From Bacteroidota bacterium (GTDB lineage: Bacteria > Bacteroidota > Bacteroidia > JABDFU01): a stretch of 64,000 bases of DNA. The stretch lies in contig JABDEY010000002.1 in NCBI GenBank assembly GCA_013286805.1, positions 1,629-65,628 on the forward strand, written 5' to 3'. This document shows, piece by piece, positions 18,542 through 28,745 of this stretch. The notes beneath the pieces were generated by a model, which ran no database searches, had not been told where the DNA came from, and saw only the letters and a program-made list of their open reading frames with translations. The position numbers and the translations under genes were made by a program. Each line of letters opens with the position of its first letter. The stretch's first letter is position 1.

Positions 18542-20014
18542 ATGAAAAAAGGGTACTTCGAATTGAATAAGCTCCAGAAGTGTTGGAAAAATGCTCTTTT
18601 TCTGTTGTGTTTTGTAACTTATTTTAATTTATGTTTTTCACAATGCATTACGGAAGTCTGGGGTGGAGCAAGGCATTGCATTGCACTTAGATCAGATAGT
18701 ACTGTCTGGACCTGGGGGGCCCCGGGAGCACTCGGTGATGGAACAAATCTTGAAAGGGATGTTCCGGTTGAAGTACATGGACCAAACAATATTGGATTCC
18801 TTGACTCAGTGATTCATGTGATGAGTGGGGAATTATTCTGCTTTGCACTTAAAGCGAATGGCACTGTCTGGTCCTGGGGAGCAAATATAGCTTCCGGGTT
18901 TACCGGCACCTTGGGTGATGGAACCACAGTTAGTTCAAGAAACAATGCTGTTCGTGTAGCAGGACTGGATTCTGTCATTGCATTGGGCGGGAGAGGTTAT
19001 CATAGTCTTGCAATCAGGGGGGATAGCAGTGTATGGGGCTGGGGTTCAAATCTTGGCGGGGCCTTTCCGCCCGGTGGTGGTCAGCTGGGCATGGATACTT
19101 CCGTCAGCCATGGAAGTAATGTAGCCATTAAAATCAAAGGTTTGGGCGCTGCGAGACAGGTTACCGGAGGAGGCTTCTTCAGTCTGGTACTGTTGTCGAA
19201 TCATACTATTATGGCCTTCGGGAATAATTATTTTGGTGAATTGGGTGTTGGTGATACTGCCAGCAGACATTCACCTTCCCTTGTTGCAGGTCTGACAAAT
19301 GTAGCGATGGTATCGGGCGGCTGGCAGCATTCTGTTGCATTGAAATCAGACGGTACCGTTTGGACATGGGGTAAAAATCTGGAGGGACAATTGGGAACAG
19401 GAGATACGATTAACAGAAATACGCCTACGCAGGTAGCCGGATTGAATGGCATTATTTCTGTTTCCGGAGGTGACTATAGTACTTTGGCCCTTAAGTCTGA
19501 TGGAACGGTATGGGCATGGGGAGGCAATGAACGTGGAGAATGCGGAGACGGAACCAAAATTACCCGGAAAAGACCTGTTCGGGTAGCAGCGTTAACTAAT
19601 ATCATTTATATTGCGGCGAGGGATTATCACAATGTCGCCATTAAGTCAGATGGCACTTTATGGTCCTGGGGATGGGATTTGAACGGACAGTGTGGTAATG
19701 GCAGTACCAAGGATACGGTTTGGACACCCATGCAGATTTCTGGTCTGGGATGTATGACAACAGGGCTGGCTACTCCAAGGTCGTCACTGGATATTGTAGT
19801 TTATCCGAATCCTTCACCGGCTGTCATTACAATTGAAAATCTGAAGCAGGGTACAGTCCTAATTTCAAATCTTCAGGGGCAACAACTGAAAGTTCCGGTA
19901 GTTGGTAGTGCTAAAAATAGTTTTGATTTTTCCGGTTTTCCGGGCGGAATATATTTTATAAAAATGAAAACAGAGAATGAGCTGGTCACAAAAAAAGTAA
20001 TCATTCAAAAATAG
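18542..20014 (+). CDS. RCC1/BLIP-II repeat protein with T9SS type A CTD
   Basis: Repeats HSVALKSDGTVWTWGxNxxGQLGxG; VYPNP...GIYFIK...KKVIIQK. Confidence 0.9.
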   Translation: MKKGYFELNKLQKCWKNALFLLCFVTYFNLCFSQCITEVWGGARHCIALRSDSTVWTWGAPGALGDGTNLERDVPVEVHGPNNIGFLDSVIHVMSGELFCFALKANGTVWSWGANIASGFTGTLGDGTTVSSRNNAVRVAGLDSVIALGGRGYHSLAIRGDSSVWGWGSNLGGAFPPGGGQLGMDTSVSHGSNVAIKIKGLGAARQVTGGGFFSLVLLSNHTIMAFGNNYFGELGVGDTASRHSPSLVAGLTNVAMVSGGWQHSVALKSDGTVWTWGKNLEGQLGTGDTINRNTPTQVAGLNGIISVSGGDYSTLALKSDGTVWAWGGNERGECGDGTKITRKRPVRVAALTNIIYIAARDYHNVAIKSDGTLWSWGWDLNGQCGNGSTKDTVWTPMQISGLGCMTTGLATPRSSLDIVVYPNPSPAVITIENLKQGTVLISNLQGQQLKVPVVGSAKNSFDFSGFPGGIYFIKMKTENELVTKKVIIQK

Positions 20015-20075
20015 TTTTGAATGAAACCATTATGCACTATACTTCCAGGCCGATAAAAGCATAAACTATAGAAAT

Positions 20076-21032
20076 ATGAAAACGAAAATTATTTTCCTTT
20101 CAACTTTTATTTCCATTACAGTAATTTCTTTTACATCTTTCATTTCTTTCACCTCATTTAACGCATTTGACCTGCACAGGAAATTGTCGGTTCATGCCGA
20201 GGGTGGTCAGGCAGCTTCCACAGGCAGCCCGGGAGAATTGGGAACCTGCTCCCGCAGTGGCTGCCATGGCGCGGGTAACGGAGGCTTAGCTGATAATGGA
20301 GGTCCTGGTTCATTAAGTATTACTTCTTCTCCGGTAATGACTGGAGGAAACCAATACGTTGCAGGGCAAACCTACACGATGACCGTAACCATGAGTGAAG
20401 GCGTTAAACCCCGTTTTGGTTTTGCCTGCGAAATACTGGATAACACTGGTAGTACAAACACAAAGGTCAATAACACTGCCGGTAAAATCACCATCCTTGA
20501 CCCAGTTAATACAAGAATATGGCAGTCTTTCGGAACTGGCCGTCTTGCGGTTACCCAGGATACTATGGGTGGCTTTGCAAGAGGAACAGCTTCATTTATA
20601 TTCGGATGGACGGCGCCGACAGTTGCGTCTCCTTCTTATGGAACAGTTAATCTTTATTTATGTGGCAATGCAGCCAATGGTAATTTACTTGCTGATGCGC
20701 CTGATAATATTTATACGCTGACTAAACAGTTAACTCCTGATGTAACGGGTGTTCCTGCGCAAGCTCCGGGAATTTCTGATTTGTACGCTTATCCGAACCC
20801 GTGTAAAGGGATATTCACACTTGGTTGGATTGGAGGAAATAATGGCGTACAAAATAAAAATTGCGCATTGGAAATTTACAATGTAAATGGAATGATTGTT
20901 TATTCGGTTGTGACTGGCAATAGAATGGCTCCGGTTGAAGTCGACCTAAGCAACCAACCTAAGGGCATGTATTTTCTTCGCGGAAATGACGGTTCACATA
21001 AATGGGAACAGAAATTAATCATTCAAAAATGA
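20076..21032 (+). CDS. Choice-of-anchor V / Reeler-like domain protein with T9SS CTD
   Basis: TGSPGELGTCSRSGCHG; YVAGQTYTMTVT...FGF; FGWTAP; GNAANGN; AYPNP...GMYFL...QKLIIQK. Confidence 0.72.
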   Translation: MKTKIIFLSTFISITVISFTSFISFTSFNAFDLHRKLSVHAEGGQAASTGSPGELGTCSRSGCHGAGNGGLADNGGPGSLSITSSPVMTGGNQYVAGQTYTMTVTMSEGVKPRFGFACEILDNTGSTNTKVNNTAGKITILDPVNTRIWQSFGTGRLAVTQDTMGGFARGTASFIFGWTAPTVASPSYGTVNLYLCGNAANGNLLADAPDNIYTLTKQLTPDVTGVPAQAPGISDLYAYPNPCKGIFTLGWIGGNNGVQNKNCALEIYNVNGMIVYSVVTGNRMAPVEVDLSNQPKGMYFLRGNDGSHKWEQKLIIQK

Positions 21033-21167
21033 GCAGCAGGAATCGGGAAATTTAATTATACTTGTATGGACTCTTAACCCAGTTTAATCTTATTCAACCA
21101 ATTCAACACTTATTTAAGCAGTTCAAAGTGTATTTAACCTAATCATAAATTTTAACGTGACTCGCTG

Positions 21168-23813
21168 ATGATGAAAATTACGAAACCAACTAAGTCCGGG
21201 ATTAAGCAGGTGATATTTGCGATTCTATTTGTTGTCCTGACGATTACTTCAAATGTTTTGATGGCACAGACTCCAGGCATTACTTCCTTTAGTCCTGCAG
21301 TGGGATCTCCAGGCACATTGGTTACTATAACCGGTACAAATCTGGGCAGCCTGACTGCTTTTACCATTGGAGGAGCGACTGCGGTGCTGGTATCCAATAC
21401 AGGAACGCAATTGGTGGGTCTGGTTATGCCGGGGGCTATTACAGGAAAAATTTCTCTTACAACTGCAGGAGGCACAGGGGTAAGTACTGGCAATTTTACA
21501 TTACAGGCAACGCCTTTTCCAGGCAGGCAACAGGGAAGTAAGTTGTTTGGGACAGGGGGGGCAGGTTCTGCTAATCAGGGTCATTCGGTTTCTGTTTCAG
21601 CGGATGGGAATACGGCTATAGTGGGAGGCGTAAATGATAATGGTGGTGCCGGAGCAATATGGGTATATACCCGTTCTGCCGGAGTATGGAATCAGCAGGG
21701 AAGTAAACTAACAGGTACTGGTGCCGTTGGTTTAGCAAATCAAGGCTGTTCTGTTTCTATTTCAGCCGATGGGAATACGATGATCGCCGGAGGAAACCAT
21801 GATAATTCAGATGCAGGTGCAGCCTGGGTTTACACCCGGTCAGGTGGTGTATGGACCCAACAAGGGAATAAATTGGTTGGAACTGGTGCAGTTAATGGAC
21901 CAGGTGGAGCATATCAAGGCACATCTGTTTCCGTTTCAGCGGATGGAAATACTGCCATAGTAGGTGGATTTAACGATAACAATGGTGCAGGAGCTGCCTG
22001 GGTTTACACACGATCAGGCGGTGTATGGACACAAGCTGGAAATAAACTGACAGGTACGGGGGCTTCAGGTACAGCTAGTCAAGGCTACTCCGTTTCTATT
22101 TCAGCCGATGGAAAAACTGTTATCATTGGAGGCACGTATGATAATTCAGATGTAGGCGCAGTCTGGGTTTTTATCCAGTCCGGGGGAGGATGGACGCAAC
22201 AAGGGAATAAGCTGGTAGGTTTAGGAGCAATAGGCACATCTGAACAAGGCAGCTCAATATGCTTATCAGCTGATGGGAATACAGCCATCGTTGGAGGCTA
22301 TAATGATAATGGTGGTGCCGGAGCAATATGGGTTTATACCCGGTCTGCAGGAGTCTGGACACAACAGGGAAGTAAATTGGTGGGATCCGGGGCAATAAAT
22401 GGATCAAATGGGGCATTTCAAGGTGGTTCGGTTTCCGTTTCAGCTGATGGAAATACGGCAATTGCCGGGGGGAATTTTGATAATAAGGGTAGTGGAGCCG
22501 TCTGGGTATATATCCGGTCAGGCGGAGTCTGGACTCAGGAGGAAAGTAACCTTAATGGAACCGGGGCAGTAGGTTCGGCCTATCAGGGTAGTTCTGTTTG
22601 TATTTCCTCCGATGGGACTACTGCTATAGAAGGCGGGTATTTTGATAATTCAGATGCAGGTGCAGCCTGGATATTTATCCCCTGTTTAAGCTACCCTACT
22701 GTTACTGCCAAGGCATCTTCAACTACTGTTTGCTTTGGAGCAACGGTTGTACTTACGGGAGGAGGAACCAGTACCTATTCCTGGACCGGTGGGGTAACTG
22801 ATGCTGTGGGATTTAAGGATACATTGACAGCCACCTATACTGTCACAGGAACGGACGGGGCTGGCTGTAAAGGCACTTCTTCGGTTACGGTTGCGGTCAA
22901 TCCAAATCCGGTTGCTATCACTATCTGTTCTGTAACTGTTGATTCCCTTTCTAAAAATAATATTATTCTTTGGAGTAAGCCTGTCTCTTCTTCCATCAGG
23001 AGTTTTCTTATTTACAGAGATACTGCAAACAATGCCTATGGGCTGATTGGGGAAGTGAAATATGATTCGCTCAGTCTGTTTGCTGATACGGTACGTACTC
23101 TTTATGCTGCTAATGGAGATCCAAATAATTCATCCTGGAGGTATAAAATTGCTGTAAAGGATACTTGTGGTGCAATCAGCGCTTTGAGTCCTTATCATCA
23201 GACGTTATTTAATCAGAATAACAACGGAAATTTCAGCTGGAATAATTATGTGATTGAAGGCCAGGTCCTGCCTGTTCCTGCGCTTTCAAATTATTTATTT
23301 CAGCGCGACAACCTCTCAAATGGTAATTTTAAAACTATTACGGGCGGAACCCTTAGTGCTTCTTCCATTGCATTTACAGATCCCCAATATTCGGCTTATC
23401 AAAAGACTGCTTCCTGGAGGGTAATGACGGTTTGGAGTATTAGCTGCACTCCAACGTTAAGAACTGAACAATCAGCTACTGTAAATACTTCAAGGAGTAA
23501 TATTAAAAATAATCTGTCTGTTTCAACTGGTATTCCAACAGAGGGTGGTTTTAATTTTGATATGTATCCTAATCCTGCAAAAAATCAATTGACAATTGAG
23601 TACCCGGTAGATTTCAGAAATTGTACAGTCTGTATTTTTAATCTGATGGGTGAGTTGGTTTATACAAATGTATTGGGCGGCTCCGGAGCATCAACTCAAA
23701 AGATGGTAAACACGGAGCATATTGATGTGAGTACTATTGCCTCGGGGATTTATACTGTTTGTGTTTCAGGTAATAAGGGGAAAGTAAATAAAAGGTTCGT
23801 GGTGCTGAAATAG
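21168..23813 (+). CDS. T9SS type A cargo: IPT/TIG + 7 FG-GAP-like repeats + Ig-like domains + CTD (paralog of 2400..4223)
   Basis: Same ~56-aa repeat x7; TYTVTGTDGAGC Ig-like module; ICSVTVDSLSKNNIILW domain; MYPNP...GIY...KRFVVLK. Confidence 0.88.
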   Translation: MMKITKPTKSGIKQVIFAILFVVLTITSNVLMAQTPGITSFSPAVGSPGTLVTITGTNLGSLTAFTIGGATAVLVSNTGTQLVGLVMPGAITGKISLTTAGGTGVSTGNFTLQATPFPGRQQGSKLFGTGGAGSANQGHSVSVSADGNTAIVGGVNDNGGAGAIWVYTRSAGVWNQQGSKLTGTGAVGLANQGCSVSISADGNTMIAGGNHDNSDAGAAWVYTRSGGVWTQQGNKLVGTGAVNGPGGAYQGTSVSVSADGNTAIVGGFNDNNGAGAAWVYTRSGGVWTQAGNKLTGTGASGTASQGYSVSISADGKTVIIGGTYDNSDVGAVWVFIQSGGGWTQQGNKLVGLGAIGTSEQGSSICLSADGNTAIVGGYNDNGGAGAIWVYTRSAGVWTQQGSKLVGSGAINGSNGAFQGGSVSVSADGNTAIAGGNFDNKGSGAVWVYIRSGGVWTQEESNLNGTGAVGSAYQGSSVCISSDGTTAIEGGYFDNSDAGAAWIFIPCLSYPTVTAKASSTTVCFGATVVLTGGGTSTYSWTGGVTDAVGFKDTLTATYTVTGTDGAGCKGTSSVTVAVNPNPVAITICSVTVDSLSKNNIILWSKPVSSSIRSFLIYRDTANNAYGLIGEVKYDSLSLFADTVRTLYAANGDPNNSSWRYKIAVKDTCGAISALSPYHQTLFNQNNNGNFSWNNYVIEGQVLPVPALSNYLFQRDNLSNGNFKTITGGTLSASSIAFTDPQYSAYQKTASWRVMTVWSISCTPTLRTEQSATVNTSRSNIKNNLSVSTGIPTEGGFNFDMYPNPAKNQLTIEYPVDFRNCTVCIFNLMGELVYTNVLGGSGASTQKMVNTEHIDVSTIASGIYTVCVSGNKGKVNKRFVVLK

Positions 23814-23855
23814 GGGTCTATATTGCGTGGATGTTGGAGTTGGCCTTAGTGGTGG

Positions 23856-24563
23856 CTATTTTCCATTCATGGTTTTCATTAACTCCCCCTGAAGCTCTTC
23901 TGTCGTGGTTTCTTTGTATCCTGAAGGAAGGTCAAATTTACTGTCCTCTATTTTTTCTTTTGTAACACTCGTGGTTGTCATTTTCATTTTCATGCCGTTC
24001 ATATCTATGGAGTATTCGAGCGGAAATCCGGGAAGGCTCCTGAACCGTGTGCCATAGGCTTTGCTATTGGCTATTTTATCGGTATAGTAAACTATGGTGG
24101 TGATTTCCCCTGTGCCCAGGCCAGTGCCTGTACCAGTGCCCATGTTCATGGTAATGCTGGCTTTTTTACAGGTGTAGCCGGCAATTTCTTTTGTTTCATC
24201 CAGCAGTACTATTTTTGGTGCCGGGGCATCGGTCTCTTTTTTTATGTCTTCGGGTTTTACTTTTATCATGAATTTGCTTCCCATCATATCCATTAGCGTG
24301 AAGGCGGTTTGTTTCTTGCTGTCTGAAATAACAATGGTGTTGGACATCATGGTTTTTGTGTCCATGCGAAAGTGTTCATTTTTTAGGCTATACACCAGTT
24401 CCATATTTTTCATCATGCCGGCTGCTTCCGGTGGCATATTTTCCATGCCTTCGAGGGTAATGGAGTAGACAATTGTGCCTTCAAACTTATTGTCCTGGGC
24501 GTAGCTGTTCACCAGGGTTGCCAGGGATGCCAGCAGTGTTACTTTTCTTAGGATTTTTTTCAT
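23856..24563 (-). CDS. DUF4412/GLPGLI-like secreted protein
   Basis: Signal MKK...SYAQ; FEGTIVY; ETKEIAGYTCKKA; LPGFPLEY; FDLPSGY. Confidence 0.75.
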   Translation of the reverse strand: MKKILRKVTLLASLATLVNSYAQDNKFEGTIVYSITLEGMENMPPEAAGMMKNMELVYSLKNEHFRMDTKTMMSNTIVISDSKKQTAFTLMDMMGSKFMIKVKPEDIKKETDAPAPKIVLLDETKEIAGYTCKKASITMNMGTGTGTGLGTGEITTIVYYTDKIANSKAYGTRFRSLPGFPLEYSIDMNGMKMKMTTTSVTKEKIEDSKFDLPSGYKETTTEELQGELMKTMNGK

Positions 24564-24570
24564 ATATATA

Positions 24571-25185
24571 TTATTCATAAATTTCTTTTTTCCCTTTATA
24601 CGATCCGCAGAAAAACACATTGAGTTTGGCTCCGAACAAGTTCTCATTTATATTGATGTCCCCAAAGGCGCTTATCCCTAATCCAATGTCATAGGTAGCT
24701 TTCAGGATGTATTCTGCATTGAGATACAGGCCGGGACCAGATGCAGCATTTATTGCATATCCGTTCCCATAACGCTGATAAAATTCGGAGTAGGAAAGGC
24801 CTGCAAAATAAGCGAAGTTAAGCGTGGACGATTCGACTCTCTTTCCATAACACAGGTGAAACTGGTAATTGTTATAGCTTCCAAACTGATCGCCGCTCAC
24901 CAGGAGGCCAAACTGGTAGTATTGTCTCCGTAAATGAAAGTTGTAATCGAGCCCGCCCGTAAACTGGGAATTGTCAAAATGATTGTTTTTGGCTGTTCCT
25001 CCGCCGGCGCTTATCCAATTGCTGTATTTACGGAAGACATCGTCCTTTATGATCGTATCCTGTTTCCAGGCTGACAGAGGACTTTGTTTGTCCTGTGCGG
25101 TAACAGATGAAGTCAAAAAAGCAAAGGCAGGCAGGAGGAAGAACGCTATTGCAGCGAACCTACCATAGTTTCCGGCTTTACCCAT
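24571..25185 (-). CDS. Hypothetical exported (probably outer-membrane beta-barrel) protein
   Basis: Signal-like segment ending VTAQ; aromatic amphipathic strands; start overlaps the fumC end and is uncertain. Confidence 0.65.
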   Translation of the reverse strand: MGKAGNYGRFAAIAFFLLPAFAFLTSSVTAQDKQSPLSAWKQDTIIKDDVFRKYSNWISAGGGTAKNNHFDNSQFTGGLDYNFHLRRQYYQFGLLVSGDQFGSYNNYQFHLCYGKRVESSTLNFAYFAGLSYSEFYQRYGNGYAINAASGPGLYLNAEYILKATYDIGLGISAFGDININENLFGAKLNVFFCGSYKGKKEIYE

Positions 25186-26543
25186 TGTGTGAATTGGTCA
25201 TCAGTAAGTAATTTTAAATCGATTGCTGCTTTGCGAAGTGAAAGACCTTCTTTGTGCGCTTTCTTGGCGATTTTGGCTGCGTTTTCGTAGCCGATATGTG
25301 GATTGAGGGCAGTTACAAGCATTAATGATTCTTCCAGATGTTTCTGAATTATTTCCAGGTTGGGCCTGATCCCGGTGGCACAATGGTCGTTAAACGAAAT
25401 GCAGACATCTCCAAGCAGGCGTGCGGATTGCAATACGTTTGCTGCTATCAGGGGTTTAAATACGTTCAATTCAAAATGACCGGTGGCGCCTCCGATGGAG
25501 ACGGCTACATCATTTCCCATTACCTGAGCGCAGACCATGGTCATCGCTTCGGGTTGCGTGGGATTCACTTTGCCGGGCATAATGGAAGATCCTGGTTCAT
25601 TGTCCGGAATAATTATTTCCCCGATTCCGCAGCGTGGGCCCGAACTCAGCATACGTATGTCATTTGCAATTTTCATCAGGGAAACGGCGGATCGTTTCAA
25701 TGCGCCGGAGAGTTCTACCATCGCATCATGAGCAGCAAGGGCTTCAAATTTATTGGGTGCAGTGATGAATGGCAGTCCGGTAAGCTGGGCTATTTTTTTT
25801 GCGACCAACACATCATATCCTTTAGGGGTATTCAATCCTGTTCCAACGGCTGTGCCGCCTAATGCCAGTTCGCTGACAGCTGTGAGTGCGTTTTTAATCG
25901 CCCTGATGCTGTTGGTTATCTGCTGGGCATAACCTGAAAATTCCTGCCCCAGTGTGAGGGGGGTGGCATCCATAAAATGCGTGCGGCCGATTTTTACGAT
26001 TGTTTTAAATTCCTCTGATTTTTTTGCCAATGTGGCCTGTAATTTTTCCATGCCGGGTATAGTAAGTTCGCTTACTAATTTGTAAGTGGCTATGTGCATG
26101 GCAGTGGGGTAGGTATCATTCGATGACTGGGATTTATTGACATCATCGTTTGGGTGAAGGATTTTTTTCTCATCTGTCAGTTTTCCTCCGCTTACCACAT
26201 GGGCCCGGTAAGCAATGACTTCATTGGCATTCATATTACTTTGGGTTCCGGAACCTGTCTGCCAGATTACGAGCGGGAACTGATCGTCCAATTTTCCGGC
26301 AAGGATTTCATCGCAGATCTTCGCGATCAGGTCTTTTTTATCCGCAGTCAATACGCCGAGATCAGTATTGGCCAGTGCAGCTGCTTTCTTGAGGTAGGCG
26401 AAGGCATGGATAATTTCTTTAGGCATGGATGCCTCCGGGCCTATCTTAAAGTTGTTGCGTGAGCGCTCGGTTTGTGCGCCCCAATATTTATCGGCTGGTA
26501 CTTTTACCTCGCCCATGGTGTCTTTTTCAATGCGGTATTCCAT
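25146..26543 (-). CDS. fumC: Class II fumarate hydratase
   Basis: [43 protein letters not shown] signature. Confidence 0.98.
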   Translation of the reverse strand: MEYRIEKDTMGEVKVPADKYWGAQTERSRNNFKIGPEASMPKEIIHAFAYLKKAAALANTDLGVLTADKKDLIAKICDEILAGKLDDQFPLVIWQTGSGTQSNMNANEVIAYRAHVVSGGKLTDEKKILHPNDDVNKSQSSNDTYPTAMHIATYKLVSELTIPGMEKLQATLAKKSEEFKTIVKIGRTHFMDATPLTLGQEFSGYAQQITNSIRAIKNALTAVSELALGGTAVGTGLNTPKGYDVLVAKKIAQLTGLPFITAPNKFEALAAHDAMVELSGALKRSAVSLMKIANDIRMLSSGPRCGIGEIIIPDNEPGSSIMPGKVNPTQPEAMTMVCAQVMGNDVAVSIGGATGHFELNVFKPLIAANVLQSARLLGDVCISFNDHCATGIRPNLEIIQKHLEESLMLVTALNPHIGYENAAKIAKKAHKEGLSLRKAAIDLKLLTDDQFTQWVKPETMVGSLQ

Positions 26544-26617
26544 TTTGACTTTTGTTTTGAATGTTAGGTTTTAAATGGGAATTATAAATTTATGCATTTA
26601 ACTTCTTAAGTAGCTCA

Positions 26618-27710
26618 TTAATTACTGCTCCCGTATTCCATAAGATAGGACTTGATAAAATCATTCAAATCTCCGTCCAGCACTGCCTGGGCATTGGATG
26701 TCTCATGGTCAGTCCGGATATCTTTTACTAATTTATAAGGATGAAGTACATAGTTGCGTATCTGGGAGCCCCATTCGATTTTTTTCTTGCCGGCTTCCAC
26801 GATGTCCCTTGCTTCATTCCGTTTCCGCATTTCGATTTCAAAAAGCTGGGATTTTAAAAGTGTCATTGCTCTGGCTTTGTTCCCGCTCTGAGAGCGCTCT
26901 ACCTGGCAAACAACAACGATCCCAGAAGGTTTATGTGTCAGCTGTACCTTGGTTTCTACTTTGTTTACATTCTGCCCGCCCGCACCTCCTGACCGGGAGG
27001 TCTGCCATTCAATATCGGCATCTTTCACTTCTATGGTAATCTCATCATTTACGAGGGGGTACACATAAACAGATGCGAAGGAGGTATGTCTCTTGGCGTT
27101 GGCATCGAAAGGTGAAATCCTGACCAAACGATGTACTCCATTCTCTCCTTTTAAATAACCATAGGCAAAGTCTCCTTCAAATTCGAGTACGGTGGATTTA
27201 ATTCCGGCCATATCTCCATTCTGTTTGTCTACCTCCTTTACTTTGTAACCGTTTTTTTCGCCCCACATGATGTACATCCGCATCAGCATGCTGGCCCAAT
27301 CGCAGCTTTCTGTTCCGCCTGCCCCTGAGTTGATCTGCAGAACGGCATTCAGGCGGTCTTCCTTTCCGCTGAGCATGTTTTTAAATTCGAGGTCTTCGAG
27401 TTGTTTGAGCCCGATCTGATATTGAGCCATCACTTCGGCCTCTGTGGCATCTCCCGATTTGAAGAAATCAAACAAGAGTTCCAGGTCGTCTACGTTCTTA
27501 ACAATATTTGCGTAGCCTTCTGTCCAGATTTTTTTTGAGCGTATAACTTTTATAAGTTCTTCGGCCTTCCGGGGGTCATCCCAGAATTTAGGGTTCAGGG
27601 TTTTTACCTCTTCTTCCCTTATTTCTTCCAGTTTCCCTGGTACGTCAAAGATGCCTCCCCAACGTTTCGGTACGTTGTTTCAGTTCCTTAATATGATCGG
27701 TAGTAATCAT
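26618..27710 (-). CDS. prfB: Peptide chain release factor 2, with programmed +1 frameshift (363 aa)
   Basis: ATG 27710, 20 codons, then CTT-TGA-C (27650-27644) preceded by GGGAGG; the +1 frame continues DVPGKLEE...FWDDP into the ORF with SPF and GGQ motifs. Confidence 0.97.
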
Positions 27711-27714
27711 AGGA

Positions 27715-27722
27715 CAAATCTA
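27715..27722 (-). promoter_or_regulatory. -7 promoter element TAGATTTG of prfB
   Basis: TAnnTTTG match 4 nt before the ATG. Confidence 0.6.
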
Positions 27723-27815
27723 AACATATTTTAAATACAATTCAGAGACAGATTATACAGAATTCCGAGCTATAGTTCCGGAATATTTGGTAAAATTGCA
27801 AAACAATCTCTTATA

Positions 27816-28718
27816 GTGCCTGCAGAAGAAATATATCCCCTTGAGAAGGAGTTTGGTTTAATGAATAAAGTAACTGATTACGTGCAATTTGCCAAGTTAA
27901 GGTTGTCTGCTTTGGTGGTTTTTTCAGCTGCTATTTCTTATTGTACGGTTGCAGTTCATATTGATTGGATTCGGCTTTTGTGGTTGATTCTGGGTGGTTT
28001 TCTGGTGACGGCGTCCTCCAATGGCATCAATCAGATTCTGGAACGGGAAACGGATAAACTGATGTCACGGACTTCCAACAGACCGCTTCCTCAGGGCAGA
28101 ATGGGGCTTAATGAAGCTGTTATTCTGGCTTTATTCCTTGGTGTGGCAGGTGCTCTCATCCTGTTTTCGTTTATTAATATTTTAAGCGGCTTGCTTGGAG
28201 TATTGGCACTGGTACTTTACACGCTGGTGTATACTCCTTTGAAACGCAAGACACCTTTTGCTGTTTTTGTCGGGGCTTTCCCTGGTGCTATTCCTCCTTT
28301 ACTCGGTTGTGTTGCTGCTACAAGCGGATTCGGCAGTTTCAGCGGGCCGGCCTGGATCTTGTTTTCCATACAGTTTATCTGGCAGTTCCCGCACTTTTGG
28401 TCTATAGCGTGGGTGCTGGACGATGATTATAAAAGGGCTGGCTTTAAGATGCTGCCTTCTCCGGGAGGACGCGATAAGTCGAGCGCTTTCCAGATGTTAG
28501 TCTATACTTTATTTTTGTTGCCGATCAGTCTTACTCCGGTATTTTTTGGCATGTCGGGTACTATTTCAGCTATTACCATAACGGTATGTGGACTTATTTT
28601 CATCTACCAGGCACAGAAAGTTTTTAACCAGCTGACTGTTAATTATGCGAGGAACCTGATGTTTGGTTCTTTTGTGTATTTGCCGCTGGTGCAGATTGCG
28701 ATTATGATAGGAAAGTGA
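27816..28718 (+). CDS. cyoE: Heme o synthase (protoheme IX farnesyltransferase)
   Basis: NQILERETDKLMSRTSNRPLPQG, YTPLKRKT, GAIPPLLG, WQFPHFWSIA, DDYKRAG; start may be ATG 27861. Confidence 0.95.
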   Translation: MPAEEIYPLEKEFGLMNKVTDYVQFAKLRLSALVVFSAAISYCTVAVHIDWIRLLWLILGGFLVTASSNGINQILERETDKLMSRTSNRPLPQGRMGLNEAVILALFLGVAGALILFSFINILSGLLGVLALVLYTLVYTPLKRKTPFAVFVGAFPGAIPPLLGCVAATSGFGSFSGPAWILFSIQFIWQFPHFWSIAWVLDDDYKRAGFKMLPSPGGRDKSSAFQMLVYTLFLLPISLTPVFFGMSGTISAITITVCGLIFIYQAQKVFNQLTVNYARNLMFGSFVYLPLVQIAIMIGK

Positions 28719-28745
28719 GTTTAAAGTTTAATAGTTTAGAGTTGA

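Noticed and set aside
2400..23813. Diversity-generating retroelement (template/variable repeat pair)
   Set aside because: No reverse transcriptase; both repeat sets are coding and differences are not restricted to adenines.
25146..25185. 40-nt overlap between fumC and the downstream ORF
   Set aside because: The downstream start is uncertain; insufficient evidence of anything functional.
26618..27475. prfB as a truncated gene or pseudogene
   Set aside because: The canonical CTT-TGA-C programmed frameshift restores a 363-aa RF2.
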